Origin: Squalus acanthias
Lineage: Eukaryota
DNA length: 64,000 bases
Direction: 5' to 3'
Assembly (NCBI GenBank): GCA_030390025.1
Contig: CM059438.1
Location: 67,024,001 to 67,088,000 of the forward strand
Part shown: piece by piece, positions 13,098 through 26,486 of the stretch
Layout of the letters: every line of letters begins with the position of its first letter
Position numbering within the stretch: the stretch's first letter is position 1
Made by a program: the position numbers and the translations under genes
The notes under the pieces: model-generated
The model's input: the letters and a program-made list of their open reading frames with translations, nothing else
Databases searched by the model: none
Told to the model about the DNA's origin: nothing

Positions 13098-13864
13098 GGG
13101 GCAGAAATTCGTCTGTTGTCGGGTGAGTACGCACTGTGTACTCACCCGTGGACGGAACAAAAGTGCCGGTTTCTTGCATGCACTGCGCATGCGCGGGAAA
13201 CCGGCACTTCCGTTCCCCTGAGGAAAGGGGTTCAGAGGTCGAACGCGCACGCCGGAGGGCCAGCGCGTTCGCCTCGCACTTCGGATTTTTTTACAGGTTC
13301 CTCCGTGAAGGTAAGCACGGAGAAGATACACTTTGAAAAAGGAGGCGCAAGGCCTTCTTTTAACAAGGTAAGTGTTGATTTTATTAAAATTTAAACATTT
13401 TTTTCACAGATTTATATTTTTTAATTACTTTAAAGAAAGGTAAGTTTAGTTTTAGCCCTGTTAAAAAATGTAATTAATTTTTTCAAAAATTAAAATTTTT
13501 GTTTAAAATAGTTAATTAATGTAATTTATAGTTATTTTAAAAATGTGATTTTTTAAAAAAAAATTTATTTGTAGTTTTAGGGATGTTTTGGGGCCGATCT
13601 GTATTCATAGATTGGACAGGTCTTCCTGTCAAATCTATGAATGAAAGATGGTCTGCTGCCATTGGCTCTCCATGGCCCATGTGATCCCAGGGGACTCATC
13701 GCACTAACTACGCCCCTGGGATACACAAGCCCTGCGCGCCGGCAGTTGGGGGAGGCCCAGGAGCCGAAGTCCCCGTGGGCCCAGAGGTCAACGGCAGGCG
13801 CGGTAAGTAGGTGCGCGCGCGATCCTTGCACCCACGGGAAGCCAGGGAGCCGAATTTCTGGCCC
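13098..13864. mobile_element. Harbinger-type MITE with AT-rich core
   Basis: TIRs GGGGCAGAAATTCG / CGAATTTCTGGCCC; TSD ATT; related to 57893-58659. Confidence 0.9.
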
Positions 13865-16015
13865 ATTGCCTTTGTGAAAGGAGGTGGCTATTGCACTGGG
13901 ATCAGTAGCCAGGAAAAGGGGTGGATCGAGAACCTTACTCACCTGCAGTGGCAGTTAGCTGGAAATGGACCTGTCAAATAACGGGTGAGTGTCCGGACCT
14001 GTGACATAGCAAGTATCGATGACACTGCTTTGCAACTGATGTACTAAGAATAACGTTTAGGTAGGGCCCTCCATCAGAATTGTAATGGAGAAACTGCTGA
14101 AGGATCTGGTCTAAACCATTAGTCTGTCTCTGACCTTCAGGTACTGACCCACCGACCTGTGCATTTCCTTCAGCATTTTCAACAAAAAAAATCTTGTTCG
14201 CCACTTACACAACTTGTGAACCTCCGATGTATTACCTACTGCCACTTTTTTGCTTGCGTACTTTTATGGTGAAATTAATATGTATTACCATGGTAACCAG
14301 TCTGATCCCACCTTGAATCTTCTATTTATAAGTTACCTCAGAGGTTTGTGCACAGATGTGTTATAAATTTTAATTTAAAGATAAACAGGCTGTTTTAAAA
14401 AAAGAATTGTTATTGCACCTGCTTTGAGTATCATTAACAATCTGAAGCCTTAATTAAATCATAAATGCTTTGTAACAAAAACTTACAAAAGTCCATCATT
14501 TTGTTACTGTCGGGACCAAATTATTAATGTATCCAGACTGAGTTTAGATTCATTGAAGACTAGTGATATTTGTCATGCAGCCTGCTTCCCTTTCACAAAT
14601 GGCCCTCACCATCGTTACCTCTCACTGTGTGTGTCGGTCCTGGCCCTGTCAGTGTGTGTTTTCTGTTACTCAGCTCCTACAGTCCTTGACCAGTGAGACA
14701 AAGCAAAGGAGCTGTCCCAGCCTCCGTAGAGCAAGTGAAGACTAATGAGACCTGTCGTTTGAGTCGAATTACAACATGTTTGGGCTCCATGCTGCCCAGT
14801 GTTAATTCGAAACCAATGTCCCAGTGCTCCAGGGACCGATCTGGGTCTGGACCCCCCACGTCAGTTTCACTTAACGTAATGTCGTACTCCTGAATTCAAC
14901 TTTGTGCCTCCCATTTTTGGATCTGGCAAACGGGTGAGACACATCGCAATTTTTACCCGAGTAAGCTGCATTTTCACTCAAGTCCCCTCCCGAAATCCGT
15001 TGGCCCTTTCCAGAACCAATGTCGGGATGAAGCAGGCTTCTCACCTCTGCAATCTTCTTTCTCTAGGCTATGGCTTGTGGATTTTATTGCGGGTGCTGCT
15101 TATTTTTATCATGTCAGCTTTCTGTAGCGACCACTTGTTGCTCATTAGCACTTTTCCAACACTTTATCCTGTGGGTCCAGCAACACTTTGTCCAATTCCT
15201 TAAACCGTTCACGCCTTTTTTGTTTTTAGAGCTTAAACTTTAAAAAAGACAGAAAAACATTGAGGCCATAAATTATATATTGATAGTGTGAAGTAAATAA
15301 GGAAGAAAGCAGAAAGACTTGCATTTTCATAGCGCCTTTTCACGACCAGCCGGACATCCCAAGGCGCCTTTCCGGCCAATCAAGTAGTTTTTTGAAGTGT
15401 AGGGAACAGTGATCATAGTATCATAAGGTTTAGATTAGCTATGGAAAAGGACAGGGAGCAGTCTAAAGTAAAAATACTTAATTGGAGGAAGGCCAATTTC
15501 AGTGGGTTGAGAATGGATCTGGCCCGGGTAAATTGGAATCAAAGATTGGCAGGCAAAACTGTAATCGAACAATGGGCTGCCTTTAAAGAGGAGATGGTTT
15601 TGGTACAGTCGAGGTACATTCCCATGAGGGGGAAAGGTAGGGCAACCAAAGGCAGAGCTCCCTGGATGACGAAAGAGATAGAGAGTAAGATGAAGCAAAT
15701 AAAGGGGGCGTATGACAGGTGTCAGGTTGAGAATACAAGTGAGAATCAGACTGAATATAGAAAGTTCAGAGGGGAAGTGAAAAAGGAAATAAGAGGGACA
15801 AAGAGAGAGTATGAGAATAGATTGGCAGCTAACATAAAAGGGAATCCAAAAATCTTCTATAGGCATATAAATAGTAAACGGGTAGTAAGAGGAGGGATGG
15901 GGCCGATTAAGGACCAAAATGGAGACCTACGCATGGAGGCAGAGGGCATGACTGAGGTACCAAATGAGTACTTTGCATCTGTCTTTACCAAGGAAGAAGC
16001 TGCTGCCAAAGTCAT

Positions 16016-17734
16016 TTGCCGCGATTTTGCTGACCTCGGCGGGTCAGTGGCGGGTCCCGACCTCACTGCTGGCTCCATCCCGGCCTCTGAAATTAATTTC
16101 CCTCGATTGGGCTTGTTAAGCCCGCCCAGCACATTTGCCGGCCAATTAGAGGAAGCGAGTCTGGTGACATCATTTGATGACACGTCATCAGCCGACTTCC
16201 TTAAAGGGACCATGGCCAACTTTATTTTGACATTTGTACTGTCAGTGTTCTACAGCATTGAGGTGCTGCAAACACTGACAAGCACTGCACAGAGGTGCAG
16301 GGCTGCACCCAGGCTCTCCCATGACTATATGGAGGGAGTCACAGCACGCAGGGGGGTCCTCTTCCCTCCCCATGGGCGGAAGAGACCTCCCCAGGAGATC
16401 AATACAGCCTGGTTGCACATTGCAGAGGAGGACACAAGCAGGGATGAGGTCGAGAGGACCTGGGTGCAGTGCCGCAAACCTTGCAATGATCTCAGTAGTT
16501 CATGAAACATTAGTACAAATCCACACTCAACCTCATCCTGCTGTGCCTCTCATCATATCCTCATCATTCTGCCTTCCCTATCTTGCTCCTGCACATCCTT
16601 ACTCACACCAACTTAGCTTGCACCTCCACCCATCCCTCTCTACCTACATTATCGCATCCCCATTTCACTAGCCACCCCTCACACTCACCCTCATCCTAGT
16701 GTAATCATACCAACTAACAACACACAAGGGTAGGCACTATTAATGTGGTGTCAAACATTGAAACCTTTATTTTCAACACTTTGCGTTCTTGGACAGATTT
16801 GTGTGCACCTTTGGAAGTGGCTTAGTGAGTTGCAGTGAATAGTGAGACATAATGGTAACCCCGCAATGTTGATGAGTGCAAAAGGAATGGCTTGGGCATT
16901 GTAGGGATGCTTTATGGTGTTGTTGTGGGGTGGTGCCAACCTGGAGCATCTTGTGGCAACCAGGGTGTACAGCGTCAAGTGTAGTAAATGTGGCCATGGT
17001 GAGGCCATTCCTGGCGTCCCAGGCATCTATGTGGTCGGATGCTGATTCCCTCTGTCCTGTGCAGCATCAGTTGATTGCGGAGAAGGTTGGTGGTGTTGTT
17101 GGTGCTGCTGGTGTGCCTGGTGCTGCTGGTGTTGGGGCTGATCGTGGTGTGATTCTGAGGACCAAGGTGAGAGAGTGTAAAGGGCACCCATGCTGATAGA
17201 ATAGATGGCAGGTAAAGTAGAGATGACAGAAGTAATCTGTCAATGGTGAGAGAGGTAATGAGGTCAGACTGGATGGTGACTTGTGTAAAGACTTGCAGCA
17301 TGGTGAATCTGTTGTGGAAATGCAGTGAGGAGTTTGTGGCTGAGGGAAGAGATCTCTGTAAGGTGGGAGCTTTTACTGTACATTTGAAGCTGTCAACTCA
17401 ACAGCTGATTCAATGGCCACTGAACTCCAGCCTCAGCTTGACAGACGTGGTCCACGACCAGTGTGGACCCTGTGGGCGAGCTGTCAGCTGCAGAAGGTGA
17501 GCTGAAATTTATTCTTAAGTGGCACTAAACAAGCCACTAATTACCTGAATTGGGTCCGCTGCTGTGAACCTGCTGCTGCGTGTTGGGTTTGCTCAGTGCT
17601 GACAGACCCAATATCGGGGAAAGGCGCATGGCGGCTGGTTCATATAGGTGTCCGGGCCCGCTGGGGAAAAAAAACAACATTTCCGCACAACCCGCCACCG
17701 ATCGCACCCGCAGACCCCCCGGAAAATCCAGCCC
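16016..17734. mobile_element. Internally deleted Harbinger copy C
   Basis: Interrupts CR1 with TSD CAT; right TIR GGAAAATCCAGCC(C); Myb remnant APRLS...RTWVQCRKPCNDL at about 16290-16495. Confidence 0.85.
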
Positions 17735-19154
17735 ATAGTGAAAGAGGAGGTAGTTGAGATACTGGATGGGATAAAAATTGATCAAGAGGAAGTACTAGAA
17801 AGGCTGGCTGTACTTAAAGTGGATAAGTCACCAGGACCAGATGGGATGCATCCTCGGATGCTGAGGGAAGTAAAGGTGGAAATTGCAGAGGTACTGGCCA
17901 TAGTCTTCCAATCCTCCTTTGATATGAGAATGGTGCCAGAGGACTGGAGAATTGCAAATGTTACACCCTTGTTCAAGAAAGGGTATAAGGATAAACCCAG
18001 CAACTATAGGCCAGTCAGTTTAATCACGGTAGTGGGGAAGCTTTTAGAAATGATAATCCAAAATTAACAGTCACTTGGACAAGTGTGGATTAATTAAGGA
18101 AAGCCAGCACGGATTTGTTAAAGGCAAATCGTGTTTAACTAACTTGATTGAGTTTTTTGATGAGGTAACATAAAGGGTTGATGAGGGCAATGCAGTTGAT
18201 GTGGTGTAAATGGACTTCCAAAAGGTGTTTGATAAAGCACCACATAATAGGATGCCAGCAAAGTTGAAGCCCATGGAATAAAAGGGACAGTGGCAGCGTG
18301 GATACGAAATTGGCTAAGGAACAGGACACAGAGAGTAGTGGTGAACGGTTGTTTATCAGGCTGGAGGAAGGTATACAGTGGTGTTCCCCAGGGGTCGGTA
18401 CTAGGACCACTGCTTTTCTTGATTAATATTAATGACTTAGACTTGGTTGTACAGGGCACAATTTCAAAATTTGCAGATGACACAAAACTTGGAAGTATAG
18501 TGAACAGTGAGGAGGATAGTGATAGACTTCAAGAGGACATACACGGGCTGGTGGAATGGGTGGACATGTGGCAGATGAAATTTAACGCAGAAAATTGCGA
18601 AGTGATACATTTTGGTAGGAAGAACAAGGAGAGGCAATATAAACTAAAGGGTACAATCCTAAAGGGGGTGCATGAACAAAGAGACCATGGGGTATAGGTA
18701 CACAAATCGTTGAAGGTGGCAGGGCAGGTTCAGAAAGCGGTTAAAAAAGCATATGGGATCCTGGGCTTCATAAATAGAGGCAGAGGGCTAGAAATTCATT
18801 CTAGCTCAGGAATGGGCGGTATCTTTAGAAAAACTTGAGAATTAACGCCAGGCACTAATGCTTTACACTGCACACAAAAGTCATTCTCACTGCTCAAAGA
18901 AATGACTGGGGCGCTAATTCAAGCCTTAAAGCCCAAATTCATTGGCGTTACACTCAAAGGGTGGACCAATTTTGCATGCAGTCTAATCACAAGTCATCAT
19001 TGCCACAGGCTTTTTTCAGTTCCTAAAGGGGAGGTTCATTGATGCTGCAGAACCTCATTCTCAGCATTGCTGGCTGTGCAGCTGGCTCAGCAAGCAGCAG
19101 CAGGTCAAGAAGAAGGAGCCGGATGACTCAAGCAGCTGTACTGATGACAGATCC

Positions 19155-21033
19155 ATGCGGGAGAGAGACCGCAGATTCAGCGATCAAGCATTGGAGGAGT
19201 TTGTGTCCACTGTGGAGAGACGGAGGGCGGTGTTCTACCCGGCAGTGGTGGTAGACTCTCCCCGCAAGTCTTCTGGAGGGAGGTAGCCCAGCAGGTCTCG
19301 GGCAGCACTGTGGTCCCCAGGACCCACACACAGTGCAGGAAGAAATTTAACAACCTCACTCGGGTAGTCAGGGAGAGTCAATGCTTCAACAAATGCTACA
19401 TACCACCATCTGAACCTTAGTCTGCACACACTGCCCAAAGCACCACACCCCCAACACTTACCCATGAACAATTTCCACCTACCAGCACCCACACCCACAT
19501 CTCACACCTTGCACACAATGACAGCTATTCAACTATGGGAGGCATATCACCCCAACACAATGCTCCATAGTCACTCACACACTTTCCTTTCTCTTGCAGG
19601 ACAAGGTGGTTCACAACAGGAGGGAGCAGGAGCACACAGGCGGGGGACAAGCTGACACCCAACCACTGTCTGAGCTGGAGAATAGAGTGCTGCAGAATAT
19701 TAGGCGCCAGGTGGTGGGTGCCGTGGCCACCAGTGACGTTGACCCCCTTGGGGACAACAACGGTATGTTCATCCCAACTCCTTCTTCTCACATCCCACTT
19801 CCCCCTCACCCCACAAGTGTTTCGCACTTTCCAGCTAATCACGCTGTATGCATGCATTGCTCCCTTCCTCCCCCCCTCCCCTCACCTTAACCCGACTCTT
19901 GTGCCTTTATGCTTTCAAATAATGAGAAAGCACCTGAGCAGCCTGTCCCTGAGGACACGGTAGAGAGCGAGGGGGCAGAAGAAGAGGAGGAGGAAGAACA
20001 CACCGCGTCTCTGCATGTCTCACCCGCAGGCACCAGCTCAGAAACTGGCACTACGCGTTCTTTAGAGGCTAATATAGTAGCGGGATCTGTACAGGGTGAG
20101 GCACCAGGGATGAGTGGGCTGCAGCAAGGCTAGGGGGAAAGGGTAGCTCAGGGGCCAGCTCCCCGGAGGGCGAGTTCGCGTGTGACTTCTGCTGCACAGG
20201 ACTCAGATGAGGACCACAATGGGGAGGCCTTTAGAAGAAGGGTGATGGGCATGCACATGGAGATAATAGGTGCAATGGCAAGGGTGCCCAAGAGCCTTTC
20301 AGCAATGATAAGGAGCGTGGTAGAGTCCGCCTCCAATATTGCACAAGGCTCTATGCACACCATGGAGCCCATCATTTCCAGTCTGCAAAGGATGGCAGAC
20401 TCCTTGAGAGCCCATGGCAGCCCAGACCTGATGCTATGCGTCATGGGCGATCTGGCAGCTTCCATTGCAGCACAGGCGGAAGCGACGCAACGTCTTAGTG
20501 CTGTAATGCAGTCTATGCTTGGTGGCATCCAATCTCAGACTGCTCTCATGCAGTCTCAGCTTGAAGCCACGCAAGCTCTGACTGCTGCCATCGTGGCTGG
20601 GTCTACCACCATCGACCGGGCTTTCACGGTGTCGCAGCAGGCCAACAATCTGTGCTCCAACAGATTGCTCGGGATACTGAGGCGCTGTCCTGGGGTAGTG
20701 GCAGTGGGTCAGTGGAGTAGGAACCTGCTGCCCTCTCTCAAGATGACAGCATTCCTGATCCCAACACTGCCACTCCGCCATTGCCCTTGTCGCTGCCTGT
20801 CATCCAGCCAGTCCAGACTGCTGCCGCCCATGCTGAGGTGGTGCAGTCTACAGCCGGGCCTTCCAACCCAGAGCTGGTCGAGGGCATCCTGCAAGGCCAT
20901 CTGAAGTCTCCCGCATGGACACTCAGCAGCCTTCCACCAGCCCTGCTGTAGCCACTGGGCCAACACTTCATAGGAGCACCAGAGTAGGCAAAGGCATAGT
21001 AACGAGAGGCTCTAAGGGATTGCACAAGGGTGA
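19155..21033 (+). pseudogene. Three-exon Myb/SANT-like partner gene of Harbinger D
   Basis: MRERDRRFSDQALE...WREVAQQV...QCRKKFNNL; exon 2 DKVVHNRREQEHTGGG (about 19600-19762); mutated splice sites near 19373 and 19918; stop at 20131; frameshifts. Confidence 0.85.
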
Positions 21034-21202
21034 ATAGTTAATATTGTTGTTGTAAATATATGTTCACTGATTATTGATAAATTTATTCATTGTCTTTGGA
21101 TTATTTTGTGGTGTCTCTCATTTCAGCTTTGCGCTGTGATATGGCCTGTGACAGGGATGGAATGATGGTGATGTGGTGAGCTATGGGGATCTGGGGTTTA
21201 AT

Positions 21203-22377
21203 TTATTGGAACTGCTGTCTGATGAGACAATCACGGACCGCCCTTCCAGAAGGCTGATTGTGTGGCTGACTCCTCCCTCGCTCCTGTTCCTCCTCCTCCT
21301 CCTCCTCCTCCTCTCCCTCTTCCTCCTCATCCTTCTTTTCCTCTCCCTCTTGCTCTACCTCCTCCTGAGGTGGTCCCACAATCCCTGGTTGCAAGGGTTG
21401 GGCCCTCATGATGGCCAAGTTGTGGAGCATGCAGCAGACCACCACAAAATGGGACACCCGCTCAGCCGAGTACTGGACGGCTCCTCCCGAGTGGACAAGG
21501 CAGCGGAACCATTGCTTGAGCAGGCCAATGGTCTGCTCGATGATGTTCCTGGTGGCAGCATGGCTCTCATTATATGAGTTCTGTGCACAAGTGCTGGGGT
21601 TGCGAAGGGGAGTCATAAGCCAGGTGGAGAGCGGATAGCCCTTGTCTCCGACCAGCCAGCCGTGAGCTTGACGTGGTGGCTGGAAGAGTGCTGGCGCACC
21701 GGTCTGGCGCAGGATGAAGGCATCGTGGCTGCTGCCAGGATAGCGGGCATTGACATTGAGGATTCGCTGTCTGTGGTCGCACAACAACTGCACATTAAGT
21801 GAGTGGTAGCCTTTGCGGTTACGGAAGATCTCAGGATTGTTATGCGGTGTCCGTAAAGCCACGTGGGTGCAGTCAATGGCGCCCTGCACCATGGGGAAGC
21901 CCGCTATCCTGGCAAAGCCACATGCACACTCGTCCTGCTTCTCTCTGGTGAGGGGAAAGGAAATGTTGTCCCTTCTCCTACTGTTGAGAGCCTCTGTGAC
22001 CTCCTGGATGCAGTGATGGACGGCGAACTGCGAGATGTTAGTCATGTCTCCTGTTGCAGAATGGAAGGATCCACGGGCGAAGAAATTGAGGGCGACGGTG
22101 ACCTTGACTGCCAGTGAGAGAGCCGTGGTCGCCCTGATCTGAAGCTGGAGGTGGCAGAGTTCTGTGACCACCTCCTTGGTAAAGTGGAGCCTTCTAATAC
22201 ACTGCTCCTTGCTTAATTGGAGGTAGGAGAAGTACTCTCAGAGGGTAAGGACTCCTGTTGAGAGCCCTGATGGCCCTCTTCCTCCCACTGGCCACATGTT
22301 CCAGTCTTTCTCACTGCATCCGCTCCCTCTGCAGTAGATCCTGGAGGGGCCAGGTCGACTGTCAGTACAGCCCCCAT
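21203..22377 (-). pseudogene. Harbinger (HARBI1-like) transposase; 322-aa core open (21203-22171), N-terminus frameshifted
   Basis: GAIDCTHV, NRKGYHSLNVQ, LVGDKGYP, RNIIEQTIG, CCMLHN: DDE triad intact; acidic C-terminal tail. Confidence 0.93.
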
Positions 22378-23467
22378 TAATGCAAGCCAAGTGTAGCGCT
22401 CTGATATTTTTTAATAATAAATATAACTACTTTTTAGTTACCACAACACTCCTGATACAGAAGAACCTTTAAATTACTGAATTAAACTGTTGCACAATGT
22501 CAAACTGGCAAGAAAGCACTGAAACTCCACTAACCTGACAGCTGTGACTCATTACTCATGATCCCTTTAAATAACATCCCTGGAGCCGGCTTCTGCCTGC
22601 TTCACGCCAGCTCTCAATGTTGCTATCTGGACGATGTGCTAAGGTAGATGGCGAAAATCAATTTTGCAGATTGGGCGCCCACTGATGTCACGATCTGCCT
22701 GGTGTTGAAGTCCCCGGTGGTACCTCGTACCGGCAGCGCAACGGGGGGGGGGGGACCAGACTTGTCGTGCAGCGCTGGATTCGCCTCGCCCCGGTGCTAC
22801 TGCATCAGCACCCCGTTAGAACCCTCAGGCACTAACCTGCGGAATTTTTCCTCCATAGAATACAAAAGCAAGTAAGTTATGAAGAACATTTATAAAACAC
22901 TGGTTCGGCCTCAACTGGAGTATTGTGTCCAATTCTGGGCACCGCACTTTAGGAAGGATGTGAAGGCCTTAGAGAGGGTGCAGAAAAGATTTACAAGAAT
23001 GGTTCCAAGGATGAGGGGCTTCAGTTACGTGGATAGACTGGAGAAGCTGGGGTTGTTCTCCTTGGGGCAGAGAAGATTGAGAGGAGATTTGATAGAGGAG
23101 TTCAAAATCATGAGAGGTCTAGACAGAGTAGATAGAGAGAAACTGTTCCCATTGGTAGAAGGGTCGAGAACCAGAGGACACAGATTTAAGGTGATTGGCA
23201 GAAGAGCCAAGGGCGACATGAGGAAATACTTTTTTACGCAGTGAGTGGTTAGGATCGGGAATTCACTGCCTGAACGGGTGGTGGAGGCAGATTCAATCGT
23301 GGCTTTCAAAAGGGAGTTGGATAAGTACCTAAAGGAAAAAAAAATTCCGGGCTACATGGAAAGGGCGGGGGAGTGGGACTAGCTGAAGTGCTCTTGCAGA
23401 GAGCCGGCACGGGCTCAACAGGCCGAATGGCCTCCTTCTGTGCTGTAACAATTCTATGATTCTAGTC

Positions 23468-23840
23468 GCTGTTGTAATGTGGGAAACGGGGCAGCCAATT
23501 TGTGCACAGCAATCTCCGAAAAGCAGCAATGTGATAATGACCAGATAATTTGTTTTGTGATGTTGATTGAAGGATAAATATTGGCCAGGACAACGGGGAT
23601 AACTCCCCTGCTCTTCTCCAAAATAGTGCCAGGGGGTCACTTATGTCCTCCTGAGCAAGCAGACGGGGCCTCGGTTTAACAAGTCATCCGAAAAATGGCA
23701 CCTCCAACAGTGCAGCACTTCCTCAGTACTACACTGAAGTGTCAGCCTAGATTTTTGTGCTCAAATCTCTGTGGAGTGGGACGTGGAACCCACAACCATT
23801 CTGACTCAGAGGTAAGTGTCCTACCAACTGAGCCATGTCT
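23468..23840 (-). mobile_element. tRNA-headed Deu-core SINE (SacSINE1/AmnSINE-like)
   Basis: Minus-strand A box TGGCTCAGTTGG, B box GGTTCCACGTCC, Deu-like core TTAAACCGAGGCCCCGTCTG. Confidence 0.8.
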
Positions 23841-24019
23841 GACAATCAGAGTGGGTGGAGGCTCGTGTGGAGCATCAGGATAGAATGGCCTGTTTCTGTT
23901 TCTGTCCACCTCACTCAATTTGGTTTCATTAGCATTTTTCCCCACACTTCAAAGTGGATGCAAGTAGAAAACATGACTCTGGGACCTCCTGAATGCTATT
24001 TCGGCCATCACAGTTAGGT

Positions 24020-24146
24020 TTCATAGAATCTTACAGCGCAGGAAGAGGCCTTTCGGCCCATCGTGCCTGTGCCGGCTCTTTGAAAGAGCTCTCCAATTAG
24101 TCCCACTTACCTGCTCTTTCCCCATAGCCCTGCAAATTTTTCCTTT
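24020..24146 (-). mobile_element. CR1 3' tail fragment
   Basis: Reverse complement of a tail like 23340-23464. Confidence 0.8.
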
Positions 24147-26183
24147 ACCATATACATCTTAGAAATGTCATATAACCAGTCTGGAATAGTTACCTTTTAT
24201 TCTTCTGGTGGGTCACCTTGGGCTCACTTCCATATCAGCCACCATTGCGTTGCTTGAAGAGCACAAAAAATACATGCTTCATGCTCAGTAAGATTCAAAA
24301 GAGTGGCTAGACTGAGTAGCTTCTTTATTATAATCCTTCCCTTTCTTCCCTGTACAAAGTCCTTCAAACCATAGTGTTTCTACTGTCCCCATTTCCAGCC
24401 AAGTTCAGAACCTCACCGCGCAGCAATCATCACCATCAACTTCCATCTTCCCATTCTGTAGCGTACACTATTAGCAAACCAATGTGCTTTGGCCATGCAA
24501 AACCCCACATTTAAAAAAATAAACTGCATGCTCTACTTGGTCCTTTTATTTTCTGTTTACCTTGTAATCAGCAATAAAACTGGAAATTATATCTATAGAT
24601 CTATAATATTTCTTCATTTTGTAGTACTTGAAAAATGTAATTTTACGATAATATAGTGTTCTAGGTTACTGCTGTTGAAGGGTTGAACAAATCTGTACAT
24701 TGTAATCTAGCGTGAGATACTGAAGTTGAAGTAATGCTGTGCAGATGTGTCTGACGGGTGCGTGTATCAAGCCTGATGACGATAATGAGATTGGTGATAG
24801 TGTCATTTTGAAAATTGACTTATAAATTGAAAAATACTCTGGCTCAGTTTATTAGAGGTTCTCTTGTCAAGGTTAACACTTGCATTGAGAGTTTTCAAAG
24901 TTAACGAATAATTTCGCATTTTGCCCCCGGTTCAAGAGCACAGGTGTCAGCGGGCCTGATGGCTGTCAGTGACTTCATCGAAGAGAATGGCATTGATTTA
25001 TTTAATCGTCAAACTGCTTTAAATTTATTTTTTGGCGGCCGCATTCTGTTTATGTCCCCCTCGGGAGGGCCGGTTGCACTTTTATTAACCCCTGCTTTTC
25101 CCATTGCTTTTTTTGATGTACCGCACGGCCCATTCTTGAGAAGGATAGGCTGAGCACTCTCTTTAGTTAACCATGCTTTGTACCTGTTCACAGCAGCTCA
25201 ACTGAGATTGGGCCCTCCACAGAGTGGGCCTGAACCACTCCGTGGCATGGTGCCACGCATTTGCCACTTGGGCAAGCCATGCTACTTACCACCTGCAAAC
25301 TGTTTTGCATTATTTTATCGGAAACACCTAATTTTGTTAATTCAATTTTACTTCCACACGTTGGACTCATTCTACACCATTTGTAATTCACAGCTTGTAT
25401 CTGGGGTGCTGCTAATGCTGCTATCCTCCAGCTTCATTGGACTGGCACAGTCTGAGCTGTTTACAAGGGGGTGCCGCTCAGTTACCTGATCCAACTCTTC
25501 CTCTTCCTCCCCTTTCCTTCACCCTCCCTAACACTGCGATGACAGGACGAGAGCTCCCCACATGAGAAAGGTTGGGTATAGATCTCAACCTCGCTACATG
25601 GCTCTCTGGTATACCAGCATATGCTGCCACCAGGCTGCTAGCCTTAAAATACAGGCACATATTGCATAATTCATTTTTCTTAAGCAGAGCTATGATACTG
25701 TCTATTTTGCATGCCCTGCATATTAATTATCTGGGCCCAAAGTGCTCAGCTTGCATTTTGTACTAATAATGCTGATTATTAAAGAATTATTAATTGATTA
25801 CACTTCGGCTATTTCATTGTATTAGTACTCCCTTGATATCCAGCTATTATATATTGTCAGTCTGGTTGGAAAGGCAATTTTATTTGCTTTTTAAAAAAAT
25901 TGGACCCATACATTTGTTGCCACACTTTTCTTGGAATCTGCCAAGAGTACAGAGCATCAATAGGACATGTTGCATGAGCAGAGTTACTGGTCTGTGGCAA
26001 TGGTAATTATGGCTTACGTTTCTTTCAGGAGAAAAACTGGCAACAAATTTGATAAATTACCTTTTTATATAATATTTTCAACTCATAAAAATAAAGCTTT
26101 AAAACGTGCTGCAATCTCATCGCGATTGTTGACTTGACCTTCTTGTGTCCATCGCAGTTTAGTAATCCTCTTATGTTAATTCC

Positions 26184-26370
26184 TTCATTGTCGCTGGGTC
26201 AAAATTCTGCCGCCCCCTACCTAACAGCATTTTGGGAGATCCTTCACCGCACAGACTGCAGCGGTTCAAGAAGGCGGCTCACCACCGCCTTCTCAAGGGC
26301 AACTAGGGATGGTCAATAAATGCTGGCCTTGCCAGCGATGCCCATGTCCTGGAAACAAATTTAAAAAAAA
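26184..26370 (+). mobile_element. 3' tail of the 12166-type LINE
   Basis: GACTGCAGCGGTTCAAGAAGGCGGCTCACCACC...CAATAAATGCTGG...polyA. Confidence 0.85.
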
Positions 26371-26486
26371 TTATCATTAACCAGCAGTATAATCATATCC
26401 ATTCACGATTTCAATTAAATAGTTTTACACCTCTTTGGAAGTGATGGGCAGGTACAGCTAGGTCGAGAGGAGATGGTGGGTGTCTT

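Larger units (their letters stand above)
18785..22854. mobile_element. PIF/Harbinger transposon copy D, full-length
   Basis: TIRs GGGCTAGAAATTC / GAATTTTTCCTCC; TSD AGA/ATA (1 mismatch) inside CR1; convergent Myb and transposase genes. Confidence 0.93.
15402..23464 (+). mobile_element. Long CR1 LINE (ORF2 from the endonuclease end to the 3' tail), interrupted by two Harbinger insertions
   Basis: GNSDH start, KSPGPDGMHPR, GVPQGSVLGP, KFADD, VRPQLEYCVQFW, tail ATTCTATGATTCT; sequence is colinear across 16016-17734 and 18785-22854. Confidence 0.95.

Noticed and set aside
13934..13970. Minus-strand CAG|GTGAGT recursive-splice-like site (also near 31626-31640)
   Set aside because: Weak pyrimidine tracts and no evidence for host gene orientation
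23770..23840. tRNA gene
   Set aside because: A/B boxes belong to a SINE head; it runs into the Deu core and I could not fold a convincing cloverleaf
24944..25153. Protein-looking 69-aa ORF after CAG, as a host exon
   Set aside because: No polypyrimidine tract, ends in a stop, no recognisable homology; better explained as non-coding
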